From positions 16,802,001-16,866,000 of the forward strand of contig NC_083237.1 in the NCBI RefSeq assembly GCF_032191835.1: a stretch of DNA of 64,000 nt, written 5' to 3'. Shown here piece by piece: positions 25,637 through 37,587 of the stretch. Every line of letters begins with the position of its first letter. Within the stretch, counting starts at the first letter, position 1. Source of the DNA: Heteronotia binoei (lineage: Eukaryota). The notes below the pieces were generated by a model. It was not told the origin of the DNA and searched no databases. It saw nothing but the letters and a program-made list of their open reading frames with translations. Made by a program: the position numbers and the translations under genes.

Positions 25637-28600
25637 TTGGGGTCCCCAATCCCTAGGCTGCAGAATGGTACCAGTCCATGGTTTGTTAGCAACCAGACCA
25701 CGCAGGGCCCCGCCACTCTGCCTCCCCTCTGCGGTTCCACCTTCTCCCTCCATTCTTCACAATTTTAAGGAAGGGACGGTGAAGTGCCGTGTTCCCGGGC
25801 TCTGCGGTTCCTCCTTCTCCCTCCTTTCTTCACAATTTTAAGGAAGGGACGGTGAAGTGCCGTGTTCCCGGGCTCTGCGGTTCCTCCTTCTCCCTCCATT
25901 CTTCACAATTTTAAGGAAGGGACGGTGAAGTGCCGTGTTCCCGGGTTCTGCGGTTCCTCCTTCTCCCTCCATTCTTCATAATTTTAAGGAAGGGACGGTG
26001 AAGTGCCGTGTTCCCGGGCTCTGCGGTTCCTCCTTCTCCCTCCATTCTTCACAATTTTAAGGAAGGGACGGTGAAGTGCCGTGTTCCTGGGCTCTGCGGT
26101 TCCTCCTTCTCCCTCCATTCTTCACAATTTTAAGGAAGGGACGGTGAAGTGCCGTGTTCCCGGGCTCTGCGGTTCCTCCTTCTCCCTCCATTCTTCACAA
26201 TTTTAAGGAAGGGACGGTGAAGTGCCGTGTTCCCGGGTTCTGCGGTTCCTCCTTCTCCCTCCATTCTTCATAATTTTAAGGAAGGGACGGTGAAGTGCCG
26301 TGTTCCCGGGCTCTGCGGTTCCTCCTTCTCCCTCCATTCTTCACAATTTTAAGGAAGGGACGGTGAAGTGCCGTGTTCCTGGGCTCTGCGGTTCCTCCTT
26401 CTCCCTCCATTCTTCACAATTTTAAGGAAGGGACGGTGAAGTGCCGTGTTCCCGGGCTCTGCGGTTCCTCCTTCTCCCTCCATTCTTCACAATTTTAAGG
26501 AAGGGACGGTGAAGTGCCGTGTTCCCGGGTTCTGCGGTTCCTCCTTCTCCCTCCATTCTTCATAATTTTAAGGAAGGGACGGTGAAGTGCCGTGTTCCCG
26601 GGCTCTGCGGTTCCTCCTTCTCCCTCCATTCTTCACAATTTTAAGGAAGGGACAGTGAAGTGCCGTGTTCCTGGGCTCTGCGGTTCCTCCTTCTCCCTCC
26701 ATTCTTCACAATTTTAAGGAAGGGACGGTGAAGTGCCGTGTTCCCGGGTTCTGCGGTTCCTCCTTCTCCCTCCATTCTTCACAATTTTAAGGAAGGGACG
26801 GTGAAGTGCCGTGTTCCCGGGCTCTGCGGTTCCTCCTTCTCCCTCCATTCTTCACAATTTTAAGGAAGGGACGGTGAAGTGCCGTGTTCTGCGGTTCCTC
26901 CTTCTCCCTCCATTCTTCATAATTTTAAGGAAGGGACGGTGAAGTGCCGTGTTCCCGGGCTCTGCGGTTCCTCCTTCTCCCTCCATTCTTCACAATTTTA
27001 AGGAAGGGACGGTGAAGTGCCGTGTTCTGCGGTTCCTCCTTCTCCCTCCATTCTTCATAATTTTAAGGAAGGGACGGTGAAGTGCCGTGTTCCCGGGCTC
27101 TGCGGTTCCTCCTTCTCCCTCCATTCTTCACAATTTTAAGGAAGGGACGGTGAAGTGCCGTGTTCCCGGGTTCTGCGGTTCCTCCTTCTCCCTCCATTCT
27201 TCACAATTTTAAGGAAGGGACGGTGAAGTGCCGTGTTCCCGGGTTCTGCGGTTCCTCCTTCTCCCTCCATTCTTCACAATTTTAAGGAAGGGACGGTGAA
27301 GTGCCGTGTTCCCGGGTTCTGCGGTTCCTCCTTCTCCCGCCATTCTTCACAATTTTAAGGAAGGGACGGTGAAGTGCCGTGTTCCCGGGTTCTGCGGTTC
27401 CTCCTTCTCCCTCCATTCTTCACAATTTTAAGGAAGGGACGGTGAAGTGCCGTGTTCCCGGGCTCTGCGGTTCCTCCTTCTCCCTCCATTCTTCACAATT
27501 TTAAGGAAGGGACGGTGAAGTGCCGTGTTCCCGGGTTCTGCGGTTCCTCCTTCTCCCTCCATTCTTCATAATTTTAAGGAAGGGACGGTGAAGTGCCGTG
27601 TTCCCGGGCTCTGCGGTTCCTCCTTCTCCCTCCATTCTTCACAATTTTAAGGAAGGGACGGTGAAGTGCCGTGTTCCCGGGTTCTGCGGTTCCTCCTTCT
27701 CCCTCCATTCTTCATAATTTTAAGGAAGGGACGGTGAAGTGCCGTGTTCCCTGGCTCTGCGGTTCCTCCTTCTCCCTCCATTCTTCACAATTTTAAGGAA
27801 GGGACGGTGAAGTGCCGTGTTCCTGGGCTCTGCGGTTCCTCCTTCTCCCTCCATTCTTCACAATTTTAAGGAAGGGACGGTGAAGTGCCGTGTTCCCGGG
27901 CTCTGCGGTTCCTCCTTCTCCCTCCATTCTTCACAATTTTAAGGAAGGGACGGTGAAGTGCCGTGTTCCCGGGTTCTGCGGTTCCTCCTTCTCCCTCCAT
28001 TCTTCACAATTTTAAGGAAGGGACGGTGAAGTGCCGTGTTCCTGGGCTCTGCGATTCCTCCTTCTCCCTCCATTCTTCACAATTTTAAGGAAGGGACGGT
28101 GAAGTGCTGTGTTCCTGGGCTCTGCGGTTCCTCCTTCTCCCTCCATTCTTCACAATTTTAAGGAAGGGACGGTGAAGTGCTGTGTTCCTGGGCTCTGTGG
28201 TTCCTCCTTCTCCCTCCATTCTTTACAATTTTAAGGAAGGGACGGTGAAGTGCCGTGTTCCTGGGCTCTTTAAAGGCCAACCCCTCCCCCCCGCTGATCA
28301 GCTGATCAGCAGGAAAAACCCCACTGAAGGCTGGACTTCGATGCCCCTCTGGTGCACTCACGATCAGTGCTGGGGGCAGCAGCAGTGAGCAACTCACTGC
28401 CGCCCTTGCCTCCTCCCCACTTCCTCCCCACGCCCAGGAAGAAAGTGGGGAGGAGGCAAGGATGGTGGCGCTTTATCAGCAGGTCGCTCGCTGCCGCTGC
28501 CCCCAGCACTGATTGTAAGCACACCAGGGGGCATAAGAGCCTCGACTTCAGTGCAGTTCTTCTCGCCGATCAGCTGATCGACGTGGAGGGGTCAGCCTTT

Positions 28601-28975
28601 AAAAAGCCTGGGAATATGGTGCTTCACTGCCCCTTCCTGGGCCTTAAAATTGTGAAGAACAAAGGAAGCAGGAGGCTGGGGAGGCAAACAGGGATTTGCC
28701 TAGGGGGCAGTGCGAGGGGGGGAAGCTGAATTTTGTGCCCCACCCTGCTGGCCCTGAGGCCATGGTGAGTGGGTCAGTCCTAGGGCTGGGAAGTGAGACA
28801 GCGACCTTCACCCACTCCTCATTTAAAGACCCCCACGAGGGGGGGCAGGGATTGGGTGTAGGGGTGGGGGCAGCCTGGGGCAGCAAAAACCCTAGGACCC
28901 CCAACCCCACCAGTCATTGGAAAAATTGTCTTCCATAAAACCGGTCCCTGATGCCAAAAAGGTTGGGGACCACTG
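25637..28975 (+). mobile_element. MER1/Charlie3-like non-autonomous hAT element carrying a 73-bp array
   Basis: Left end ttGGGGTCCCCAA...ggtaccagtccatgg and right end AAAAATTGTCTTCCA..AAACCGGTCCCTG.TGCCAAAAAGGTTGGGGACCACTG. 8-bp TSD ACCTACAA/ACCTATAA. The element splits a SINE. Confidence 0.85.
25727..28269 (+). repeat. 73-bp tandem repeat, about 35 copies
   Basis: Unit ctctgcggttcctccttctccctccattcttcacaattttaaggaagggacggtgaagtgccgtgttcccggg, with unit starts at 25727, 25800, 25873 and so on. Two units have 10-bp deletions. Confidence 0.97.
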
Positions 28976-29754
28976 ACCTATAACAAGGTCTTTAAAAAAT
29001 GGAGGTGCTGGGGAATGAACCTGGGACCATCTGCATGCCAACCAGAGGCTATTCCATTGAGTGATAGTCCTTGAACTCATATTTGATTAGTACAGATCTT
29101 TTTCAATTCAAGTTCAGTTCCATAATTTGGTGGTCCTCTGTGCCTCATTAGACACTTTAATTGGAAGCGACAAACTGAAACACACAACCTGCCCTCAGCT
29201 ACCCTGTTGTGGTTCCTAAACAACTTTGCAAGGTGTCCCCCACCAAGGAATCATTAAAGACTTCTCTGGTAAGAGTCAGGATGAGCTGGCTAAGCATTCT
29301 CAGAAGGCAGTAAGCCTGTTGGTTTTTGCTTCACTCCTCAGGCATTAAGATATTTGGAAAATAATGAGAGTCTGTGGATCTTCTCCATGGGGACACCTCT
29401 AATCTCTTTGGTTGCTTATTAAGAGGCTGTTACTTTATCCACTTGGGGTTCAAGCACAATGCAACATTATTTGGGGAGGAGGGATGTTTGCATTTCTCTG
29501 TTACTCCATGATTCCAATTTTTATGTAATTTGTATGTTCCCAGTGTGGGAAAAGAAGTTGTCATTGTCTAAATTAAGTCCCAACCTATCTCAAGAGAGCT
29601 GGCAATGGTTCTTTCACCTCAGAACAGTGCTTCTGAGGTAATCTGGGCTGAGAAGACCTGTGAGTGATAATTTGAGTTGTCTGTAGAATGAGGAAGCTAT
29701 TTCCTACTGCCTGGAAGCTGGTAGTGGAAAGTGCAGCCCAATCATAGCCAGTTT

Positions 29755-29925
29755 ATGATGATCCCATAGAGTTTTCAAGGCAAGAGAGGAACAGAGGTGG
29801 TTGGCCATTTCCTGCCTCTGTGTAGCAGCCTGGACTTCCTTGGTGGTCTCCCATCCAAGTACAAGCGAGGGCTTACCCTCCTTAGCTTCTGAGATCTGAC
29901 GAGATTGGGCTAGCCTGGACCATGT
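29755..29925 (-). mobile_element. 5S rRNA-derived SINE; relatives at 20520-20690 (+), 34743-34910 (+) and 45890-46070 (-)
   Basis: Minus strand ...ATCTCGTCAGATCTCAGAAGCTAAG...GTACTTGGATGGGAGACC (5S internal promoter region) fused to a BovB/Sauria-like tail. Confidence 0.75.
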
Positions 29926-30189
29926 GGACCTGAAATTTAGGAAGGCATAAACTTTGGGAAGTTCATCCTACTTAAAAAAAACAACAACAACAGCCTCTTG
30001 GTGTTTGTTTAAGCAATCCTTAGTGAAGATGAACCCAGGTAGGTAGGTGTGTTGGTCTGAAACAATAAAAAAGGAAAAGCAAAGAAGGGAAAGAAACTTA
30101 ACCCAAAAACTGGAGTAAGAAACCTGAAAGGTTAATATGCAATTAATGGGCCAAACATTACAAACAAACTGTAAAATAAATCATAAACC

Positions 30190-31198
30190 AACAGGGCTCG
30201 GTACTGGGTCCCATGCTCTTTAACTTGTTCATAAATGATTTAGAGTTGGGAGTGAGCAGTGAAGTGGCCAAGTTTGCGGATGACACTAAATTGTTCAGGG
30301 TGGAGAGAACCAGAGAGGATTGTGAGGAACTCCAAAGGGATCTGTTGAGGCTGGGTGAGTGGGCGTCAACGTGGCAGATGCGGTTCAATGTGGCCAAGTG
30401 CAAAGTAATGCACATTGGGGCCAAGAATCCCAGCTACAAATACAAGTTGATGGGGTGTGAACTGGCAGAGACTGACCAAGAGAGAGATCTTGGGGTCATG
30501 GTAGATAACTCACTGAAAATGTCAAGACAGTGTGCGTTTGCAATAAAAAAGGCCAATGCCATGCTCGGAATTATTAGGAAGGGAATTGAAAACAAATCAG
30601 CCAGTATCATAATGCCCCTGTATAAATCGATGGTGCGGTCTCATTTGGAGTACTGTGTGCAGTTCTGGTCACCGCACCTCGAAAAGGATATTATAGCATT
30701 GGAGAAAGTCCAGAAAAGGGCAACTAGAATGATTAAAGGGCTGGAACACTTTCCCTATGAAGAAAGGTTGAAACGCTTGGGACTCTTTAGCTTGGAGAAA
30801 CGTCGACTGCGGGGTGACATGATAGAGGTTTACAAGATAATGCATGGGATGGAGAAAGTAGAGAAAGAAGTACTTTTCTCCCTTTCTCACAATACAAGAA
30901 CTCGTGGGCATTCGATGAAATTGCTGAGCAGACAGGTTAAAACGGATAAAAGGAAGTACTTCTTCACCCAAAGGGTGATTAACATGTGGAATTCACTGCC
31001 ACAGGAGGTGGTAGCAGCCACAAGCATAGCCAGCTTCAAGAGGGGTTTAGATAAAAATATGGAGCAGAAATCCATCAGTGGCTATAAGCCACAGTGTGTG
31101 TGTATATATAAAACTTTTTTTGCCACTGTGTGACACAGAGTGTTGGACTGGATGGGCCATTGGCCTGATCTAACATGGCTTCTCTTATGTTCTTATGT
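30190..31198 (+). mobile_element. 5'-truncated CR1 LINE, open 306-aa RT C-terminus plus 3' UTR
   Basis: LFNLFINDL, KFADDTKL, RSHLEYCVQFWSP, RRLRGDMIEVYK, and 3' end ...cttatgttcttatg. Confidence 0.93.
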
Positions 31199-31439
31199 AT
31201 TTATTGTAGAAAGCTAAAACCATTTAAGGGCCCATCATAAGCCTCTATCCTATGTACAATCATAAAACCATAATGGGAACCCACTCAACTTGACCTGGTG
31301 CGTTTTGCCCTAGATTAGTTTTCTTCAGAGGTCAGAAAGGGGAGTACACATATTGACTCATAATACAGAATACAATAAAACAACAGAACAATGCTGGACC
31401 ACAAGGAAATTTAATTAAGTGACAAAGGCTTAAAGATAC

Positions 31440-31925
31440 ATCCCAGCAGGCAGCCGTGTTGGTCTGAAGCAATAGAACAAAGCAGTAGACAAGTGCACCT
31501 TTAAGACCAACTTTTATTTAGAATGTAAGCTTTTAAGAGCATACGAAAGCTTACATTCAAAATAAAACTTAGTTGGTCTTAAAGGTGACCTTGTCTACTG
31601 CTTTGTTCAAAGGCTTAAAGATATTCTTGAGGCCTCTTATTCTACAGCCTTATGTCCTAATCATATTGCATCTAGTGTCTTATTGTATGTCACTTGGTCC
31701 AGAATTGACCGAGGTAGGTGTAAGGTCAGAGCCTCTATGTGCCAAGAAACAATAGAACAAAGTTAAGAGTGCAGTGGCACCTTTAAGACAAGCAAAGTTT
31801 TATTCAGGGTGTGATCTTTTGTGTGCATACATGCTTCTCAGGGAGTGGGCATGCCCACAAAAGCTGACACCCTCAATAAAACTTTGTTGATCTTAAAGGT
31901 GTCATTGGACTCTTAACTTTGTTCA
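31440..31925. mobile_element. Two inverted-pair (palindromic) Penelope-like terminal remnants
   Basis: 31440-31610 and 31745-31925 each read forward terminus, AAGCTT-type centre, then reverse terminus. Confidence 0.6.
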
Positions 31926-32299
31926 GTCAATAATGAAGCTAACAACTACAAGTCTATTTGTGTCAGCAGGGTTTTAGGAGGGTTTTGTGCTTGGAAAATT
32001 TTGGAGGAAAAAAATGATGCAAAAATGTTGGGCAGGTGTTTGACTCTGAACCGAGCAGATCAGCTGATGGCCATGACTGTCTAACAGTTTGAAGCAAAAT
32101 TCACTGCACCTCCAGCTCTGGTTAGTGGTGCATGGACTCACCTTAAAAATGCAAAGTCACTGCTGTACACAACTTATGATATACCTGTGGAGTAACTAGA
32201 TTCCAGTCTCATATCATGATGTATTCTATTGCTGGCAGTTATTTTGAGCTGCAAACCTCCTCAAATGCAATAGCAGAAAGTTGGAATAGAAATGTATAA

Positions 32300-32340
32300 A
32301 ATATTTATTTATTTATTTATTCATTTATTCATTCATTCAT

Positions 32341-32383
<43 letters not shown>

Positions 32384-32830
32384 TTTTATGATTTATATCC
32401 CGCCCTTCCCACCAAGTGGCTCAGGGCGGCTTACAACATAAAATCCCACATAAATTAAGTTTAGGTATTTAAACAGTTAAAATAATTAAGAACATTTAAA
32501 ACATTAAGAGCAGCAGAAGTCTAATAGAACCACACTTAGCTTCTTGTGCTGGTTAGTTATAGGCCAGCCAGAAGAGGGTTGTCTTACAGGCCCTGCGGAA
32601 CTGACCAAGGTCTCGCAGGGCCCTCACCTCTTCCGGCAGCTGGTTCCACCAGGAAGGGGCCATAACAGAGAAGGCCCTGTCCCTGGTAGATTTTAAGCGG
32701 GCTTCTTTTGGCCCGGGGATAACGAGGAGGTTTTGAGTTCCCGATCTCAGTACTCTCTGGGGAACATGTGGGGAGAGATGGTCCTTCAGGTAGGCAGGTC
32801 CTAGGCCATATAGGGCTTTAAAGGTATATT
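32300..32830 (-). mobile_element. L2 3' fragment with (TAAA)n tail
   Basis: TFKALYGLGPAYLKDHLSPHVPQR...WNQLPEEVRAL, homologous to the end of the 5914-6864 ORF. Confidence 0.88.
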
Positions 32831-32904
32831 TCATATATTTAAAAAGTGGGACTTGAAGAATGGGAATTGTGAGTAATGGGCAAGGCAGAAGAACTAGAAC
32901 TAGG

Positions 32905-33743
32905 AAGGAAGAGGAGAAGGAAGAGGAGGAGGAGAAAATTGTATTTATACCCTGCCCTTCACTAGCCAAAGGAGTCTCAGAGCTGCTTACAAATCTCCTT
33001 TCCCTTCTCTTCCCCACAGCAGACACCTTGCGAGGTAGGTGTGGCTGAGAGAGCTCTGACAGAAACTATTCTTGAGAGGAACAGCTCTGAGAGAACTTGT
33101 GACTGACCCAAGGTCACTCCAGCAGTTGAATGCGGAGGAGTGGGGAATCAAACCCAGTTCTCCCAGATATGAGTCCACACACTTAACCACTTTCTGGTTT
33201 TAACTGGCTTTCAAAACTGACCAAACTGGAAATGAAGATGGTATCACCCTCTGCGAGCAGAAATGCACCCCTACGAGTCATCATAAGTCAACTGTGACTT
33301 GATGGCACTTTCCACCACCACACACACACACAAAAAAAGTCTAGAGCACACATTAGTTTTATTTTCAAGTGCTGTAGATCATCTTAGATACATTTTTATA
33401 CTACATATTTTGAGTGAATAAATACTTATAATTAATTCTGCCCAATATGGTCCACTCATGAAGAGGAAAAAGAGATTTGATTTATACCCTGCCTTTCACC
33501 ACCCAAAGGAGCCTCAGAGTGGCTTACAATCTCTTTTCCCTTCCCCTCCCCACAACAGACATCTGGTGAGGTAGGTGGGGCTGAGAGAGCTCTCCCAGAA
33601 CTGCTCTTGAGCAGAACAGCCCTGAGAGAACTTATGGCTGACCCAAGGTCACATCAGTAGGTGTATGTAAAGGAGTGGGGAATCAAACCCGGTTCTCCCA
33701 GATAAGAGTCTGCACACTTAACCACTACACCAAACTGACTCTC
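32905..33743 (-). mobile_element. Two Squam3-type SINEs (32905-33192 and 33462-33743)
   Basis: Both diverged full copies. Confidence 0.75.
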
Positions 33744-35192
33744 ATGGCCTCATTAGTAAGATGGATCTACGGGGCACTACACTATGACTGTTACCTTACC
33801 AGCTATTTGAGAAAGGCAGGCCAAAAATGTCTCAGATAAAAATATGGCAAAAAAGTTAAATATGAACACTTAAAAAAAATTCTTCATTGAAGCCTCTTGA
33901 GGCCACAAGAGAGAATGGATTTCATTTTTAAGGATAATATTTTGAAAGCATTTTTGTCACACACTCTGATCCAGACTTATCTCTTGTTACCATATTTTAT
34001 ACCCCTTTTCCCAACAACGGGACCCTCTGGCTTGAGACTTTTGTCCCACCTCACCACTCACATCTTCTCTTTATTTTTTATGCAAGGTCCATTGTAAGCT
34101 TTAGGTGTGTGAGGTAAAGTGGATTTCAGTTATTCTGCATGTCTCCTTTGGCACATACATGGGATTCCTTAATCCTGTACCAGAGAGCACATCTGTTTTG
34201 AATCCAGACCCCTTTGGTCTTGCATCCTACAGAGTGGGTAGTAAGTAATCAGATAAAAAGGGAGTCATATAGAACAAAACAAATACATTTTTTTTCCATT
34301 GGCAAGCCTGATGTAATTCTTTTCCACTCTAGTCTGCTACCTGACACAGAGCTGGGAGGTCATTATCCTTAAAAGTTATGTTTGTTCTTTCAGCAGTTCT
34401 GCCTTAAATACCATGATTTTACAGTTTGAGCAAGTTCACTGTTTCTGTCTCGGAACATCACTGAAACCCTGCTGTCAAAATCAATCACTACACCCCCTAT
34501 AGAACTCCCTGCCTAGACCGGGATATCTCCTGTCCATTTTCCCTCCAAAATCCAACTGCCCTATTTGTCTATTAGCTGTCGACAGTTAAGCTCCCTCACA
34601 TCCCCCCTCCCCTTCCGTTCCATTCAGCGTGTTTGAATCAGATTGGCCAGTTCAGGAGAAAACAAGGGTGGGATTTTCTTCTGTCCATCACGACTCTCAC
34701 CTGGATAGACCCAGGCTAGTCTGGTCCTGCCAGATTTGGTACCTAAGCAGGGTCAGCCCTCGTTAGTATTTGGATGGGAAACCACCATGGAAACCCAAGG
34801 TCTACACTGAGACAGGCAATGGAAAACCACCTGTTTGTCTCTTGACATGAAGACCCAATGGGGTCTCTATAAGTCAGCTGCGACCAGATGGCAAAACAAA
34901 CAAACAACAACAGGTGGCTGGCTGGTGGGGCCAAATATGGTTCCTTGGGCCAAGGTTCAAACTTCCTTACTATACCATTAAATGGACCAAGGAATGGACC
35001 AAGGAAAAATATTCAGTGGCACCATCTTGGTCCCATGCTGAAAATGCAGGTAAGCATTATCTACTAGCCTGCGTAATGAACTTCTGGGCTAAGCACTGAT
35101 TAGATTTCCCTCACCCAAATTTAGCTTTTAATACCTATTGGCATATTATTCATGGGATGCAACTGACAGTGATTGGACAAAACCGGGCTCAA

Positions 35193-35366
35193 CAAGGGCT
35201 TTTTTTGTAGCTGGAACTCCTTTGCATATTAGGCCACGCACCCCTGATGTAGCCAATACTCCAGGAGCTTACAGGACTCTTAGTACAGGCCTACTGTAAG
35301 CATTGTCAACATCAGGGGTGCGTGGCCTAATATGCAAAGGAGCTCCTGCTACAAAAAAAAGCCTTG
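35193..35366. mobile_element. Palindromic hAT-type MITE 27 nt downstream of the OR3 stop
   Basis: Inverted arms CTCCTTTGCATATTAGGCCACGCACCCCTGATGT. Absent from the homologous OR4 3' flank. Confidence 0.75.
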
Positions 35367-35392
35367 GGCACAACTCAACAAGACATCACAGC

Positions 35393-36340
35393 TCATCTTT
35401 TCCGTTTAAAGCCCCATCTTTGCAGCATTCTGGACACAGCCCCATGGATGTCCTTATTGCGTAAGGTATAAATGATAGGATTGAGCAATGGGGTGACCAC
35501 GATATATAAGACCGCAAGTTCTTTGTCACGATCAGGAGTGGCGTCTGACCCGGGTGTCAGGTACACAAAGATAAGGATGCCATAGAACAAGATGACCACG
35601 AGCAAGTGGGAGGCACACGTGGAGAAGGCCTTGCGCCGTCCAGCAGCTGATCGCATACGCACCACAGTAGATAATATGAGCATGTAAGATGCAAGGATAA
35701 CAAAGAAGGGAATGACAATGATAAGAGCAGCCAATATAATAATGGTGCGCTCTGTCACACGTACGTCAGTGCATGCAAGTTTCAACACAATGGGCATGTC
35801 ACAGAAAAAATGATTAATGCGGTTGGGGCCACAGTAGGGAAGGTGAAGGGTAATACCCACATTTATTGACGCAAGAAGGAACCCACTTGCCCAAGAACCT
35901 GAGGCAAGCTGAACCTGACGCCACCTGCCCATGGCGATGACATATCTCAGAGGGTAGCAGATGGCCAAGTAGCGGTCGTAAGCCATGGCGCCCAGCAGAA
36001 AACACTCTACGCTACCCAAGCAAATCACCATGTACATTTGAAAAGCACACCGGGTGAAGGAGATGGCTCCGTTTCCAGCCAAGAGATGAGCCAGCATCTG
36101 GGGCATGCTGGAGGTGACATACAGGATCTCCAGAACTGAAAGGTTTGAGAGGAAGAAGTACATAGGGGTGCAGAGGGAGGAGTCGCCTCGTACCAACATG
36201 ATGATCACGAGGTTCCCCACAACTGTGAGGGTGTAGATGAGGAGAATGATCAGGAAGAGAAGAATCTGTGTCTTGCGGTGGTTGGTGAGTCCTACCAAAA
36301 TGAATTCTGTGATTGCAGAGAGGTTCTCAGCCCTCATCAT
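35393..36340 (-). CDS. Olfactory receptor OR3, intact (start MMRAENLS; homologous ATG at 36337)
   Basis: All OR motifs present. Acceptor ctgcAG at 36351-36352. About 92% amino acid identity to OR4 by manual count (26 differences over 311 aligned residues). Confidence 0.96.
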   Translation of the reverse strand: MMRAENLSAITEFILVGLTNHRKTQILLFLIILLIYTLTVVGNLVIIMLVRGDSSLCTPMYFFLSNLSVLEILYVTSSMPQMLAHLLAGNGAISFTRCAFQMYMVICLGSVECFLLGAMAYDRYLAICYPLRYVIAMGRWRQVQLASGSWASGFLLASINVGITLHLPYCGPNRINHFFCDMPIVLKLACTDVRVTERTIIILAALIIVIPFFVILASYMLILSTVVRMRSAAGRRKAFSTCASHLLVVILFYGILIFVYLTPGSDATPDRDKELAVLYIVVTPLLNPIIYTLRNKDIHGAVSRMLQRWGFKRKR

Positions 36341-37502
36341 GGGCTCTTGTCTGCAGAGGAAAGGCAAGAATCAGTGATGTAGTCGTGTATAGTTCATGTC
36401 AGTAAAGTAAACAAAAATAGCCTGTCCAACTCAACATCATGAGCTCAGTACAAATAAAAGCCCGAGCCTTGAGTCTTTAGCGTTCCCTTTCAGAATGTAT
36501 GCCACAAAAGACCCACAATGTCTCTGGACTCAGTTCCCAGAATGTATGAGGGCACTGAGTCCGGACACATAATAGCGCTGTTCTGCTTTAGTAAAAATGA
36601 TCCCAACTTTCAATCATGACGGGTCGGATCCAACCAAGTTTCCCCTTTTCTGAACAAGAGAGAGGGAGGCTTTTGAGCCACCAGAAAGGGAAGACCAGGA
36701 GCCCTACATGGATGAAAAGCATATAGGATAGGGGCTGTAGCCATGTGGGCAAGATGCAAGTCCTGCAGCAACTTAAAAGTCCAACATGATTTCCAGTGTT
36801 TAAACTTTCAAGGAAGCTTATATAATGGGAATCATTTTGGGTCTCTATTGAGCTACAGGACTCCGGTCTTGCTGTTCTATTGTAGACCAACACAGCTACC
36901 CACCTGAAACTGTAGTAAGGAGAGAAATTTAGTTGAATCAAAAAACTGTCTGAATCCAACCCTATAGTATGAGTGTTAACCATCACAAGCATTTCTGGTG
37001 GGCTTGTGGTAGAATTGTGACTTTTGGGGATTCTGTCATAGAACAAATTTCTTTCATAACTGTGAAACCAATACCTAAGCAACCTGAATTACTCTTTCTT
37101 TATGCATTGAAGTCAATGTACCTAAACCAACAAAATTTGAATTGAATTTTTACTAGCAGCGGCATGAGCTGCTATAGCATCTAGGTAGAGATGTAAATTA
37201 TCACCATCAGTTTATTTATGGTTCGATAATATCTGGAGGTTTTTTTTTTTAATATGGAAAAATGTACTGTAATCAATATAGAGGAATCATTCATTGCAAT
37301 TCTGATTTCCCACTGATTTCCTCTTAAATTATATGGTTTTAATGGATAAAGTTCTGAATCGTGTATATCCTATAGATTTGCTTCAATTGTAATCTAATGA
37401 TTATCTTAGGCATTTATCTTACAACTCTGTATTTGGTATTGTTGTTACCCATAATGTGTATATTTGTTTGGAGAACATATTTTATTAAAATAAAATTTAA
37501 AT

Positions 37503-37587
37503 AGGAAGGAAGGAAGGAAGGAAGGAAGGAAGGAAGGAAGGAAGGAAGGAAGGAAGGAAGGAAGGAAGGAAGGAAGGAAGGAAGGAA
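37503..37587 (+). repeat. (GGAA)n microsatellite within a hAT MITE remnant
   Basis: About 21 units, followed by sequence matching 380-450 and 61670-61750. Confidence 0.9.

Noticed and set aside
25727-28269. 73-bp array as a CRISPR array
   Set aside because: Units are contiguous with no unique spacers, there are no cas genes, and the context is a vertebrate transposon.
29840-29925. 5S rRNA gene
   Set aside because: Partial, diverged, and fused to a retroposon tail, so it is a 5S-derived SINE.
34450-34730. Orphan promoter-like patch (CCAAT, ETS-like, CAG|GTGAG on the minus strand)
   Set aside because: The motif order does not fit a minus-strand promoter, there is no associated ORF or homolog in the window, and such short motifs occur by chance.
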